Source: an uncultured Gammaproteobacteria bacterium
Lineage (GTDB): Bacteria; Patescibacteriota; Microgenomatia; Daviesbacterales; UBA10151
Assembly (NCBI GenBank): GCA_964422835.1
Contig: CAYRCR010000001.1
Location: forward strand, 22,030 to 86,029
Length of the DNA: 64,000 nucleotides
Direction: 5' to 3'
Shown piece after piece: positions 8,399 to 17,683 of this stretch. Position 1 is the first letter of the stretch. Every line of letters begins with the position of its first letter. Position numbers and translations under genes: made by a program. Below the pieces are notes generated by a model. The model searched no databases. It saw only the letters and a program-made list of their open reading frames with translations, and was not told the DNA's origin.

Positions 8399-9310
8399 AT
8401 GCGTGATTATCATACGCCGGTTATGCTGGCAGAAGTTCTGAGATACATACATATTAAAAAGGGGTTTTGGTACATTGATTGCAATTTAGGTGGAGGCGGA
8501 CATACGGAAGGGGTTTTAGAAAAAGGCGGTAAAGTTCTAGGCATTGACCTTGATCCGGAAGCAATTATGGAAGTTGCTCAAAAATACCATCTAAAAACAA
8601 ACATGTTTGAAGGGCGCCTTCAGGCGACATCAGAAAATCTAATCTTATGCCAATCAAATTTTTCCCATTTAAAACTAGTCGTTGAAAAATATAATATTGG
8701 TAGGGTATCAGGAGTATTATTCGATTTGGGTGTCTCTTCACATCAACTAGAGACAACCGAAAGGGGGTTTAGTTTTAATGTTGATGCCCCTTTAGATATG
8801 CGGATGGATCAAAATTACGGGGTAAGCGCGGCCGATCTTATTAATGGCCTGCACGAAAAGGAATTGGCCCAGCTCTTTTGGAAATTCGGCGAAGAACGCT
8901 TTGCCAAAGGAATAGCCAAAAAAATAATCAGAGCCAGGCAGAATAAACCCGTCACAACTACCAACCAGCTAGCCCAAATAATACTCTCCTCAAGACCAAG
9001 GAGCAAAGCCGACAGAACCCACCCAGCCACGCGCGTTTTCCAAGCACTGCGGATTGCGGTCAATGATGAGTTAAATAGTTTAACTGAATCTCTACCCCAA
9101 ACGTTAGACATTTTGGAGCCTGAAGGAAGATTGATTGTAATAAGTTTTCATTCACTGGAAGACAGAATTGTTAAGGACTTTATGAAAAGTGAGGAACAAA
9201 AGTGTTCGATCAAAATAATTACTCAAAAACCAATTGAACCCACAGAAAAAGAGATAGAAGAAAACCCCCGCAGCCGCAGCGGCAAACTGCGCGTAGCAGA
9301 AAAAATCTAG
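8399..9310 (+). CDS. rsmH: 16S rRNA (cytosine1402-N4)-methyltransferase RsmH/MraW
   Basis: HTPVML, DCNLGGGGH, DLGVSSHQL, RGFSF..DAPLDMRMD, HPATRVFQALRIAVNDEL, VISFHSLEDRIVK and NPRSRSGKLR. Confidence 0.98.
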   Translation: MRDYHTPVMLAEVLRYIHIKKGFWYIDCNLGGGGHTEGVLEKGGKVLGIDLDPEAIMEVAQKYHLKTNMFEGRLQATSENLILCQSNFSHLKLVVEKYNIGRVSGVLFDLGVSSHQLETTERGFSFNVDAPLDMRMDQNYGVSAADLINGLHEKELAQLFWKFGEERFAKGIAKKIIRARQNKPVTTTNQLAQIILSSRPRSKADRTHPATRVFQALRIAVNDELNSLTESLPQTLDILEPEGRLIVISFHSLEDRIVKDFMKSEEQKCSIKIITQKPIEPTEKEIEENPRSRSGKLRVAEKI

Positions 9311-10401
9311 CTTGATCTGTAAACTCCCAAAGTTTGCTCTGCTAATTTTTGCCAGCTAAATTGCTTATATCTTATTTTACCTTTTTTAATAAGATCATTT
9401 CTTAAATTTTTATCATCCAAGGCTTGGGAGATTTTTTCTGCTATATCATTCTCATTTTTTGGATCAAAGTATAATAGCGCATTGCCTCCAACTTCCGGGA
9501 GCGACCCGGCATTTGATGAGGCTATCGGGCAACCCGCTGCCATGGCCTCCAAAACCGGCAAACCAAAGCCTTCCTCAAGTGACGGCATTACAAAAATCTT
9601 GGCATTTTTATAAAGACCCGCCAATTCATTATCGCTTACGAAACCAGTAAATATCACACCTCCGATGTGTGATACTGCTTTAATATCTTCCCAAAATTTA
9701 TGGGGAGGGCCTGATAAAACTAAGGATAAATCCTGATATTTTTCTTTAAGTTTTTTAAAAACTTTAATTAATATTAAAAGATTTTTATGGGGCTGGGCAT
9801 TGCCAACATAAAAAAGATAGGGTTTTTTGACAGTAATTTTGCCGTTGGCTTTTTGGGCCAGCCTAAGAAAATTATCTTCTACAGCTTCATAAGTTATAGT
9901 AATTTTGCCTTCCGGCACATTCCATTCATTAACCAGTTGTTCTTTCACAAAATTAGAAGGAGTTATAATTTTGGAAGATCCGGATACGGCGTGAGAAAAA
10001 GTTTTTCTATATCCAATTTTTTTTATAGTATGGATAATTGGCCCATGTGTTGAGGCATCTCTTGTTTGGAAATGCTGATGGATTAAATCATGGATTGTCA
10101 CTACAAATTTACCTTTATAAAAAATTGGCACATTAAAATGGGGAAAGTGGATTAAGTCGGGCTTTAAACTATTTATAATTTTCGGGAGTTTTATTTGCTC
10201 ACTGAATGTATACCATCTAAAATCTGCCAAAATTTTATGGAAATTTTCAGCGCGATACACTAGTTTATCGAAGTCATCCTGTAAATGGAGAACATAGTAT
10301 TCGTTTTGGTGGTCTGCCCTTTGTAAACCTTCAATTAAATTTCTAACGTAGCGCCCAATACCTGACTCTGACCATAACCTTGCATCAATTATTATTCTCA
10401 T
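9307..10401 (-). CDS. GT4 glycosyltransferase (MtfB/WbdB-like)
   Basis: IDAR...SGIGRY, VVTIHDL, YVGNAQPHKNL and PSLEEGFGLPVLEAMAAG. Confidence 0.94.
   Translation of the reverse strand: MRIIIDARLWSESGIGRYVRNLIEGLQRADHQNEYYVLHLQDDFDKLVYRAENFHKILADFRWYTFSEQIKLPKIINSLKPDLIHFPHFNVPIFYKGKFVVTIHDLIHQHFQTRDASTHGPIIHTIKKIGYRKTFSHAVSGSSKIITPSNFVKEQLVNEWNVPEGKITITYEAVEDNFLRLAQKANGKITVKKPYLFYVGNAQPHKNLLILIKVFKKLKEKYQDLSLVLSGPPHKFWEDIKAVSHIGGVIFTGFVSDNELAGLYKNAKIFVMPSLEEGFGLPVLEAMAAGCPIASSNAGSLPEVGGNALLYFDPKNENDIAEKISQALDDKNLRNDLIKKGKIRYKQFSWQKLAEQTLGVYRSS
9652..9674. repeat. Palindromic element copy 1 (intragenic, in frame)
   Basis: TATCACAC-CTCCGAT-GTGTGATA. Its reverse complement matches 17573-17594 at 21 of 22 nt. 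Confidence 0.75.
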
Positions 10402-11599
10402 GGGCCTTTTTCTCCTTACAAACTTCCTGATAAATCCTGTCTAGTTTACCCGCAATTACCGGGTATGAGTATTTTTCCTCAACTAATTTTCTGGCATTGG
10501 TTGTAATTTTCTCATATAATTTCTTGTCACTTAAAATCTGTATTGTCAGATTTGCCAACTCTTCGGGAGTTTTACCGAATAAAACGGATTCCCCGTTTTT
10601 AGCATCAATTCCTTCAATACCAATATGAGTTGTTACTACTGGCAAACAGGCTGCCATCGCTCCCAAAATCTTCAGCCTTGTTCCGCCGGGACCATAGAGA
10701 GGCGCAACCAGTACCCCACTTTGGCGGTAGGCCTTCTTGACCCCTTCAATATCCTCAATGGACAAATTAACCATTTTAACTTTATCAGATTCCAACCCGA
10801 CTACCTTATCAGCATTTTGGCCGGCAATAATTAATCTAGCATCGGGTATTTTTTGTAAAATTTTAGGGAATACTTCCCTTGCTAAAACTTTAGCCGCTTC
10901 CAGATTCTGCATCCAGTCATAATTACCCATGAACAAAATGTCATTCGAATAATGCATTGGGGTTTTTTCCATTAAATCTTCTCCGACGCCATTGGGCACT
11001 ATTGAAACCTGAATCTTTGAAGCCGATGCGGCCATTTTTTGGGCATCCGATTCAGATACCGCAATTGCCCTGGCTGATTTTTTCCAGAAATGCGTTTCCC
11101 AGAATTTGATTTTTAACACATCAATCCAAAGAAGAGGTTTCATAAATAAAAATTTGTAGTTTTCAACATAATGCTGATAAACCTGATACTCAATTGTCTG
11201 ATCAACCAGGACAACAGGCACATGTGTCTCGGGGATATGGGGATATACATAAAATGTTTCCGCATGGATAATGTCAAACTTCTCACGGGATAAAATTTCT
11301 GCCACGCTTTGCTTTTCCAATTTGGAAAAGTTTCTAATTACAACAAAAGGATATGGGCTAAATCCGGTACGCAGGATGTTTGCAATCGTCCATGGTTTTT
11401 CAGCCCTTTTAAAAACTTTCACATTTTCACAATATTTTTCAAGTTCAGAAATATATTGTCTTTCACTGTCGTGTTTTATCAATGAATAGAGAGTAATTTG
11501 ATGTTTTTTGGAAAGCTGTTTGATTAAATTGTATGACCTGATTTGTCCACCGGAGGAAGGGGGATATGGAAGGTAGGGAGTCAACATTAGTATCTTCAT
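10385..11599 (-). CDS. GT4 glycosyltransferase
   Basis: MKILMLTPYLPYPPSSGGQIR, FMGNYDWMQN and GGTRLKILGAMAACLPVVTT. Start moved to ATG 11599, just after the upstream stop. Confidence 0.92.
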   Translation of the reverse strand: MKILMLTPYLPYPPSSGGQIRSYNLIKQLSKKHQITLYSLIKHDSERQYISELEKYCENVKVFKRAEKPWTIANILRTGFSPYPFVVIRNFSKLEKQSVAEILSREKFDIIHAETFYVYPHIPETHVPVVLVDQTIEYQVYQHYVENYKFLFMKPLLWIDVLKIKFWETHFWKKSARAIAVSESDAQKMAASASKIQVSIVPNGVGEDLMEKTPMHYSNDILFMGNYDWMQNLEAAKVLAREVFPKILQKIPDARLIIAGQNADKVVGLESDKVKMVNLSIEDIEGVKKAYRQSGVLVAPLYGPGGTRLKILGAMAACLPVVTTHIGIEGIDAKNGESVLFGKTPEELANLTIQILSDKKLYEKITTNARKLVEEKYSYPVIAGKLDRIYQEVCKEKKAHENNN

Positions 11600-11603
11600 A
11601 CCT

Positions 11604-13052
11604 TTATTTGGGACGTGATACATCAATAATTACAAATTTAGGGTTCTCCTCAAGGACGCTATATTTCTCCATGAGGTTTTTAGTATCCGTATCGTAATTT
11701 ACAGAAACGTAAGCCGTAACACCATATTTTTTTTTCATTTCTTCAATCGGTAATACCATAATTGGCCAGCCTGGTCTATTTACCTGATAGAGGAAAGCCG
11801 TATCACCCATATAGGGTGCTAGCACAACTGCGTTCCTTGGCAGTATTTGATCAGCCATTTTACCTGCTTCAACAATTGCACCATTGTTGATTTGATAAAG
11901 TCCCTTAACTTCCAACCATCCAAGATAAATTGTAAGGAAGAGTAAAAGTAATGCCAGAGGGATTGTAAAAAGCCTGGGAATAAAACTGCCGGATCCTTTA
12001 AGAAGGATAGTAAAACCCCGGGCTGTGAATATCACCAGGGCCGGTACGATAAATGTTTGGTAATAGTCATGGGTTACATTGCCGGTTGCAAAAACAATTA
12101 AATAAAGGAGGGATGAGAAAACCAGAAGATGCAGCAATTTCCCCTCTTCAAGTTTGGGCTTTACCAGAACACCAATAGTAAAAAGAATTGATCCTGCAAC
12201 CGTTAAAATTTCCCGCCCAAACCTATCTCCTACGATCCATTTCCAAAAAGCCGGCCGGAACCTGATGCCGTCACCGTTCATAAGCCAAGCTGATGCAGGA
12301 ATTCCTTCAGGGTGCTGCAGCATCCAAAAGCGCCACGCTACAAAAGGCACAAATGAAGTTACAACCCAGGCAATATATCTTTTGGGGATTGGCCACAATT
12401 TTTGTTCCTTCAAATAATATGAATATATAAGAGGTAGCAGGTAAAAGCCTGCCATGGGCTTGATAAGAAAAGCCAAACTGGTAAAAGATACCGCTAAAAT
12501 AAACAACGATAATCTATTTTCCCAAATCCATCTATCGGTAAAATACAGCATCCCCAAAGAAAAAAATACCAATGTCGGCTCCGGCAGGGTTGTCCGGGAA
12601 AAATAAATATTAAAAGGCAGGATCGCAAAAAGGAGGGATGCAATAAGTCCTGTAAAGACCCCTAAATATTTTTTGGTAACAAAATAAATGAAGACAGTTG
12701 AGCCAAGCGACATTAAAATTGACACAAGCCTGGCAAGCTTTTCATCAACTCCTCCGTTTAAAAGATACAGGAAATATACTAATGAATTATAAATCGGGAA
12801 TTCTACAAACCTGTATCTTTCAGGGTTGGCTTGAACTGTACCGGGCGGAGACATATCATCACCGCGGGGCAGTAGCGGATTAAAGCCTTCCTTATAAAAA
12901 TTCCGTGCAACTGCAGCAGTATCTGCCTGCCTCCACGAATGCCAATCGGCAATAGGGTTGTCAATTTTATATAAACGTACAATAAAAGCAACCAGTACGA
13001 TAAGGCATAACCAGAAAAGGGGATTTTTTAATAAATAAAATATTTTACTCAT
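11604..13052 (-). CDS. GT-C (ArnT/PMT_2-like) membrane glycosyltransferase
   Basis: TM1 then WRQADTAAVARNF, EFPIY, FSRTTLPE and LAFLIKP. Multiple TM helices plus a soluble C-terminal domain. Confidence 0.85.
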   Translation of the reverse strand: MSKIFYLLKNPLFWLCLIVLVAFIVRLYKIDNPIADWHSWRQADTAAVARNFYKEGFNPLLPRGDDMSPPGTVQANPERYRFVEFPIYNSLVYFLYLLNGGVDEKLARLVSILMSLGSTVFIYFVTKKYLGVFTGLIASLLFAILPFNIYFSRTTLPEPTLVFFSLGMLYFTDRWIWENRLSLFILAVSFTSLAFLIKPMAGFYLLPLIYSYYLKEQKLWPIPKRYIAWVVTSFVPFVAWRFWMLQHPEGIPASAWLMNGDGIRFRPAFWKWIVGDRFGREILTVAGSILFTIGVLVKPKLEEGKLLHLLVFSSLLYLIVFATGNVTHDYYQTFIVPALVIFTARGFTILLKGSGSFIPRLFTIPLALLLLFLTIYLGWLEVKGLYQINNGAIVEAGKMADQILPRNAVVLAPYMGDTAFLYQVNRPGWPIMVLPIEEMKKKYGVTAYVSVNYDTDTKNLMEKYSVLEENPKFVIIDVSRPK

Positions 13053-14479
13053 AATTTCCTGTCTTCACTACTGCGAAGGAACATAGCTGCCCAAGCTACA
13101 CCCAGGATAAGCCAAAACATTTCCGCCACTTTTGAAGCCTCCAAAACATCAATAAACAACCCCGATGTAAGTATTACCAATACTGTTCCTAACCCCCCGA
13201 TAATAAAATATTTTTCAAAATTAGTATTTCCACGCAAAAATATAATCATTTTTTTAATTATAATTATAAATATTAAAATTAATGCAAGAGTTCCCAAAAT
13301 CCCAACTTCACCCAAGGACCTCAAGTAATCGGAATCAGTAGCAATAGTTAATGAAGAATAGCCGGTTCCAAGAAAGGGGTTCTTCAAAAACGCAGCCCAA
13401 GCCCTGGGCCATTCTACATCAAACCTGATTCCCCACGATCTATAAACACCAAGTTCAGTTGTATTAATTGGCTCCCCGGGAACAGTATCCACTGCTACGG
13501 CACCACTTTCGGTTGCTTGAGAAGTCGCTACCTGACCTGATCCGTCTATAGACGGTACGGCTTTTTTTGGGGTAAAAATAGTTACTTTATCCGGAGGTGG
13601 AGTGTATTTTGCTCCCCCGCCTCCCATTATATTGACTGTAATTGTGGCTACCAGTCTATGTCTTAAATCCGGAATCGCAACCACTAAAAGCAAGCTCGCT
13701 CCGATAAGGCCCACCAAAAGCCATTTTTTACCTCCCAATAAAAAAGTCGCCGCAATGCCTAAAAAGGTTGCAAAAAAAGAAATTCTGGCGGCAGTCAACC
13801 CCAAAAGCACAAAGCAAACTGCCCCCAAAGCAATGAGCAAAAACTTATGCAGCAAATTTTTATAGTAGAAAAAAAGAGTTGCAATCAACACCAGTATTAT
13901 TGAAAGATAAGCAGCCAAATCATAATGACCGGCAAAGGTTGAGTTAACTCTTGCCCCATTAGTTAAAAACAAAACTAGACCTTTTGAAAACTCTTTATTG
14001 GTAGTGGAAATTACCGGAAAATCAAACAGAATTTGGCCAAAACCATACATTGCAACCAGTATGGCAGTAGTAAAAATTACTGCCAGGGATACTTTTACCT
14101 GCCATGTTTTTGTAATAGTTGTGGCTGCAATAATAAAGAGAGACATATACTCAATTCGCCTCAACCAATGCAGCAAACCCAGATGCGGAGAAATTGAGTA
14201 TGTTATTAAAAGTGCGGAAATCAACGACAACCCGCCAATTATCCAAAAAAGTATAAAAGATTTATAAATCGTCTGGTTTAAATAATTTTTATAATTAAAA
14301 ATATGTGTAAAAAGCCATATTGAGACAACAGTTGCAATAATTAAATCTTCCAGCCTTACAGCCACATAAGTTAATGGTATATTAAACAAAGGGAATTTAG
14401 GATATAGAGGAATAAAAACTGCCAGAAACATCAACACCCAAAAGAAATATTTATCGAGCTGCTGTGTCAGATTTTTCAT
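13049..14479 (-). CDS. O-antigen ligase / Wzy_C-family protein
   Basis: Polytopic, with RVNSTFAGHYDLAAYL, LTAARISF, a large external loop ending SWGIRF, and FLKNPFLGTGYSS...DSDYLRSLGEVGILG. Confidence 0.85.
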   Translation of the reverse strand: MKNLTQQLDKYFFWVLMFLAVFIPLYPKFPLFNIPLTYVAVRLEDLIIATVVSIWLFTHIFNYKNYLNQTIYKSFILFWIIGGLSLISALLITYSISPHLGLLHWLRRIEYMSLFIIAATTITKTWQVKVSLAVIFTTAILVAMYGFGQILFDFPVISTTNKEFSKGLVLFLTNGARVNSTFAGHYDLAAYLSIILVLIATLFFYYKNLLHKFLLIALGAVCFVLLGLTAARISFFATFLGIAATFLLGGKKWLLVGLIGASLLLVVAIPDLRHRLVATITVNIMGGGGAKYTPPPDKVTIFTPKKAVPSIDGSGQVATSQATESGAVAVDTVPGEPINTTELGVYRSWGIRFDVEWPRAWAAFLKNPFLGTGYSSLTIATDSDYLRSLGEVGILGTLALILIFIIIIKKMIIFLRGNTNFEKYFIIGGLGTVLVILTSGLFIDVLEASKVAEMFWLILGVAWAAMFLRSSEDRKL

Positions 14480-15078
14480 ATTTGCCTTTCAGAGATAAAT
14501 GCTTCTTTGTACAGGCGGAATAAAGAAATTCCCGATAGCCAAATCAAGACATATACTAGCACTCTGGAAAAAAGGCCGGTAGGATAAAATCTAAGCGTAG
14601 TTTTAGAATCGTAATATTTTTCTTCTCCACTCGTCTTATCACGAATAATAATATGGTTGCCCTGGAAATTGGACGGCCTGTTATATGTTTTGTTTTCAAT
14701 GAATGGCTCAAACCCGTTAACATAAAAAGAATAGCGCAGGGGGTAAACATACTCTTCAAGGAAGGTGCTTTCTTGCTGGTCTCTAATATACTGGTAAGCC
14801 CTTTCCGGAGGATGGTTAATTGTTACCGGAGGAAAAATCAGGCTGAATATGTGCATACCTGCAAATTTATTCTTATAAAACCATGTGATAAAATCCCTCC
14901 TGTAATCGGAGTAGTATGCTGCAATGTTGGGGTTTTGGATGGTATCACCTTCAAGGGTTGATTTAACAGAAGGGGTAAGGGCAGGAAAATCATTAATCGA
15001 AGACGGGCCTGGTAGTGCTACATAAAATAGGCCCAAAATAAACAATACCCATGAAATAATTTTCAGCCTTTTAATCAT
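14476..15078 (-). CDS. Hypothetical membrane protein (two terminal TM helices, external loop)
   Basis: 200 aa, ATGA-coupled to both neighbours. Loop contains EGDT and YIRDQQESTFLEE. Confidence 0.75.
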   Translation of the reverse strand: MIKRLKIISWVLFILGLFYVALPGPSSINDFPALTPSVKSTLEGDTIQNPNIAAYYSDYRRDFITWFYKNKFAGMHIFSLIFPPVTINHPPERAYQYIRDQQESTFLEEYVYPLRYSFYVNGFEPFIENKTYNRPSNFQGNHIIIRDKTSGEEKYYDSKTTLRFYPTGLFSRVLVYVLIWLSGISLFRLYKEAFISERQI

Positions 15079-15677
15079 TGGAAAAGTCTGGCTCTGCCAA
15101 GTTTGTAATGAGGATCCTTAATTTTTCTTTCTCCAATTACCTTGGCCGGCACACCTCCTACTATGGTAAAATCTGCTACATCTTTTGTGACCACTGCACC
15201 TGCAGCAATTATTGCACCCTTGCCAGCCTTGACCCCGGGCAAAATTATGGCACGGGGACCAACAAAAACATAATCTCCAATTTCAACCGGTGCTTCTATG
15301 GCATGAAAATCTTCGGCATTGACGTCATGCTCACTGTTTAAAATCATCACGCTTGAGGCAATATCTACATGACTACCAATAGTTAGCTTGTCCCGTCCGT
15401 CTAAAAAAACATTATCCCCAATAATTGTTCCCTCGCCTATTTTAATATTGGGAGGATAATAGAAACGTGCTCCGACATGAATCCTTGAACCCTTGCCAAT
15501 CTTCATTCCCACCAAATTATATATAAATAAACGGAAAAAGTGACAGGGGAAAAGTCCTGCCCAGGTTATAAGCAGGAGTTCGAAATCCAAAATCCAGTTA
15601 AATACCCTGTTTACGGCCTTATTAGAAGCCTCCATGGAGCTCAAGGAATTACCCATTCTGTCGCGAAATATCACCAT
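15075..15677 (-). CDS. Hexapeptide-repeat (left-handed beta-helix) O-acetyltransferase
   Basis: IKIGEGTIIGDNVFLDGR, PVEIGDYVFVG and GAIIAAGAVVTKDV...VGGVPAKVI. ATG 15677 lies 9 nt after TATAAT. Confidence 0.92.
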   Translation of the reverse strand: MVIFRDRMGNSLSSMEASNKAVNRVFNWILDFELLLITWAGLFPCHFFRLFIYNLVGMKIGKGSRIHVGARFYYPPNIKIGEGTIIGDNVFLDGRDKLTIGSHVDIASSVMILNSEHDVNAEDFHAIEAPVEIGDYVFVGPRAIILPGVKAGKGAIIAAGAVVTKDVADFTIVGGVPAKVIGERKIKDPHYKLGRARLFQ

Positions 15678-15713
15678 ACACAAGTAATTATATTGGGAAA
15701 TGGGTGCATAAAC

Positions 15714-15729
15714 AAGTTGTCCGCAACTT
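15714..15729 (-). terminator. Weak hairpin after a GT4 gene; possible terminator
   Basis: AAGTTG-TCCG-CAACTT, a 6-bp stem followed on the minus strand by GTTTAT. Confidence 0.3.
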
Positions 15730-15741
15730 CCTATACGTAAG

Positions 15742-16860
15742 TTAACGGCTTTCCTTGAATACCTTCAAGACTAATTTGGCCATTTTGGGCCAGGAGAATT
15801 TTTTGGCTTGTTTAAGTCCTTCCTTGGATTTTTTTGCCCGGAGTTTACTGTCAAAAGCTATGGTCCTGATGGCCTGGGTAATTTGTTCAACCGATTCAGG
15901 ATTAATAAGAAGCCCTGCTGAACCTGCTGCTTCAGGAAGCGATGATACATTGGATACGATAACCGGCGTGCCACAAGCCATGGCTTCAACTACAGGAATT
16001 CCAAAACCCTCATACAAGGACACAAGAATAAAGGCCCTGGAACCAGCCAGGAGATACGGTAAATCCTCCGTCGAAGCAAAACCCGTAAATATTACTTTCT
16101 CTTCAATACCATACTTCTTTGGTGCCTTTAATATTTCCTCATACATCCACCCCTGTCTGCCTAATCCAGTCGTTTTTCCAACAATGACTAACTTTAGGTT
16201 ATCAATATTTTTAAAAGCTTCAATAAGCCGGATCAAATTTTTCCGTGGTTGAAGGGTTCCTATGTAAATAATATAATCTCCCTCAATTTTATACCTTCCC
16301 ACAATATCCACAATTTTCATTTGGTCTTTGCATTGATAAAATATCTTATCGTCAAAACCAGGGTAAGCTACAGTAATTTTTTCTTTCTCCACTTTGTAAT
16401 ATCTACTTAAATCAGAAGCTGTGGATTTGGAAATGGTAATAATATGGCTTGCCTTTTGTACCGAAATTTGTGTCCAAAGCTTTAACTGCCAAAGGTCACG
16501 GGGTTTGTAATACCCGGGGAAACGCAGAAATGCCAAATCAAAAATGGTAATAACCCTTTTAACCGGGGAAAAAACCGGGCCATAATGCGCTGGTGAGAAA
16601 AAGAGGTCTGGTTTATCTTTAGCTGTAAAAAGTGCCCAGGGAATTGCAATCCATGTTTTGAATTTGTTTGATTTCAGATATCGGTATTTCCATCCTACCC
16701 GTTCATTTGGCATATCCGGGAGAGGCTTATTTGCCAATAAAACAGTGTAGTCATTTTCTTTGTCAATCTTTTCTAGGGCAGAGAGTAGTCCAAAAGCAAC
16801 CTGTGAGGAACCTAACCTTTGAGGCACATTTGCCTCACATCCATCAATCCAAATTTTCAT
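15742..16860 (-). CDS. GT4 glycosyltransferase (MtfB/WbdB-like)
   Basis: ITIFDL, YIGTLQPRKNL and SLYEGFGIPVVEAMACGTPV. Confidence 0.94.
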   Translation of the reverse strand: MKIWIDGCEANVPQRLGSSQVAFGLLSALEKIDKENDYTVLLANKPLPDMPNERVGWKYRYLKSNKFKTWIAIPWALFTAKDKPDLFFSPAHYGPVFSPVKRVITIFDLAFLRFPGYYKPRDLWQLKLWTQISVQKASHIITISKSTASDLSRYYKVEKEKITVAYPGFDDKIFYQCKDQMKIVDIVGRYKIEGDYIIYIGTLQPRKNLIRLIEAFKNIDNLKLVIVGKTTGLGRQGWMYEEILKAPKKYGIEEKVIFTGFASTEDLPYLLAGSRAFILVSLYEGFGIPVVEAMACGTPVIVSNVSSLPEAAGSAGLLINPESVEQITQAIRTIAFDSKLRAKKSKEGLKQAKKFSWPKMAKLVLKVFKESR

Positions 16861-16870
16861 AATTTCTTTT

Positions 16871-16903
16871 ATTATATAGACAATGCATTTTTTTTACTAT
16901 ATT
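16871..16903. promoter_or_regulatory. Back-to-back -10 boxes of divergent genes
   Basis: Minus-strand TATAAT at 16871-16876 is 10 nt from ATG 16860. Plus-strand TATATT at 16898-16903 is 8 nt from ATG 16912. Confidence 0.55.
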
Positions 16904-16911
16904 CTTTACGG

Positions 16912-17553
16912 ATGAGAAAAGATAGCAGTAGCCTAATAAAAATCTGGAATCAGGTTCCTCCTGATTACTATGAAAAAGGGGTGCAAAATAATTTCTTACA
17001 GCGCTTGTGGCATAACCAAAAAATCAGTACATTAAAAAAAATTTTAAATGGTAAGGAGTTTAAAACTGTTTGTGATGCCGGTTGCGCGGGAGGGTACATG
17101 ACCGGGCAACTTGCCGGTATTTTGCCTAAAAGTAAAATCTTCGGGTTGGATGTATACCAGACTGCGATTAACCATGCCAGTAAAAAATACAAAAAAATAA
17201 AATTCATTTGCTGTGACCTGCACCAAATCCCGATAAAAAGTAAATTCTTCGATTTGGTAGTATGCTATGAAACAATTGAGCATGTTATTACACCACAAAA
17301 AGTATTGCAGGGGTTAAAACAGATTACCAAAAATGACGGCACAATTATTTTAGCCATGGATTCAGGCCACCCTTTGTTTAGGATAGCCTGGTTTATTTGG
17401 GAAAGGACAAAAGGATCGGTCTGGAGAAACGCCCACCTGCATCCATTCAACCCCAGACAACTGGAAACAATCATCAAAAAAGAAGGACTCAAAGTGGAAA
17501 AAAAATTATTTTCTAACTTCGGAATGGAAGTTGTATTTATCCTGAAAAAATAG
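16912..17553 (+). CDS. Class I SAM-dependent methyltransferase
   Basis: VCDAGCAGG, IFGLDV and FDLVVCYETIEHV. Start moved to ATG 16912 to remove the overlap with the divergent GT4. Confidence 0.9.
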   Translation: MRKDSSSLIKIWNQVPPDYYEKGVQNNFLQRLWHNQKISTLKKILNGKEFKTVCDAGCAGGYMTGQLAGILPKSKIFGLDVYQTAINHASKKYKKIKFICCDLHQIPIKSKFFDLVVCYETIEHVITPQKVLQGLKQITKNDGTIILAMDSGHPLFRIAWFIWERTKGSVWRNAHLHPFNPRQLETIIKKEGLKVEKKLFSNFGMEVVFILKK

Positions 17554-17573
17554 TTGAATCATCGCCTTTTCAT

Positions 17574-17594
17574 ATCACACATCGGATGTGTGAT
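17574..17594. repeat. Palindromic element copy 2 (intergenic, between convergent genes)
   Basis: Perfect inverted repeat ATCACACATC-G-GATGTGTGAT. Confidence 0.8.
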
Positions 17595-17683
17595 TAATTG
17601 CATTAATATACCTTTAATTTAAAGTAAAATTAACCATTTTAACGATTCTAAGCATTAATCTTGCTTAATATTGCCAAATAAAA

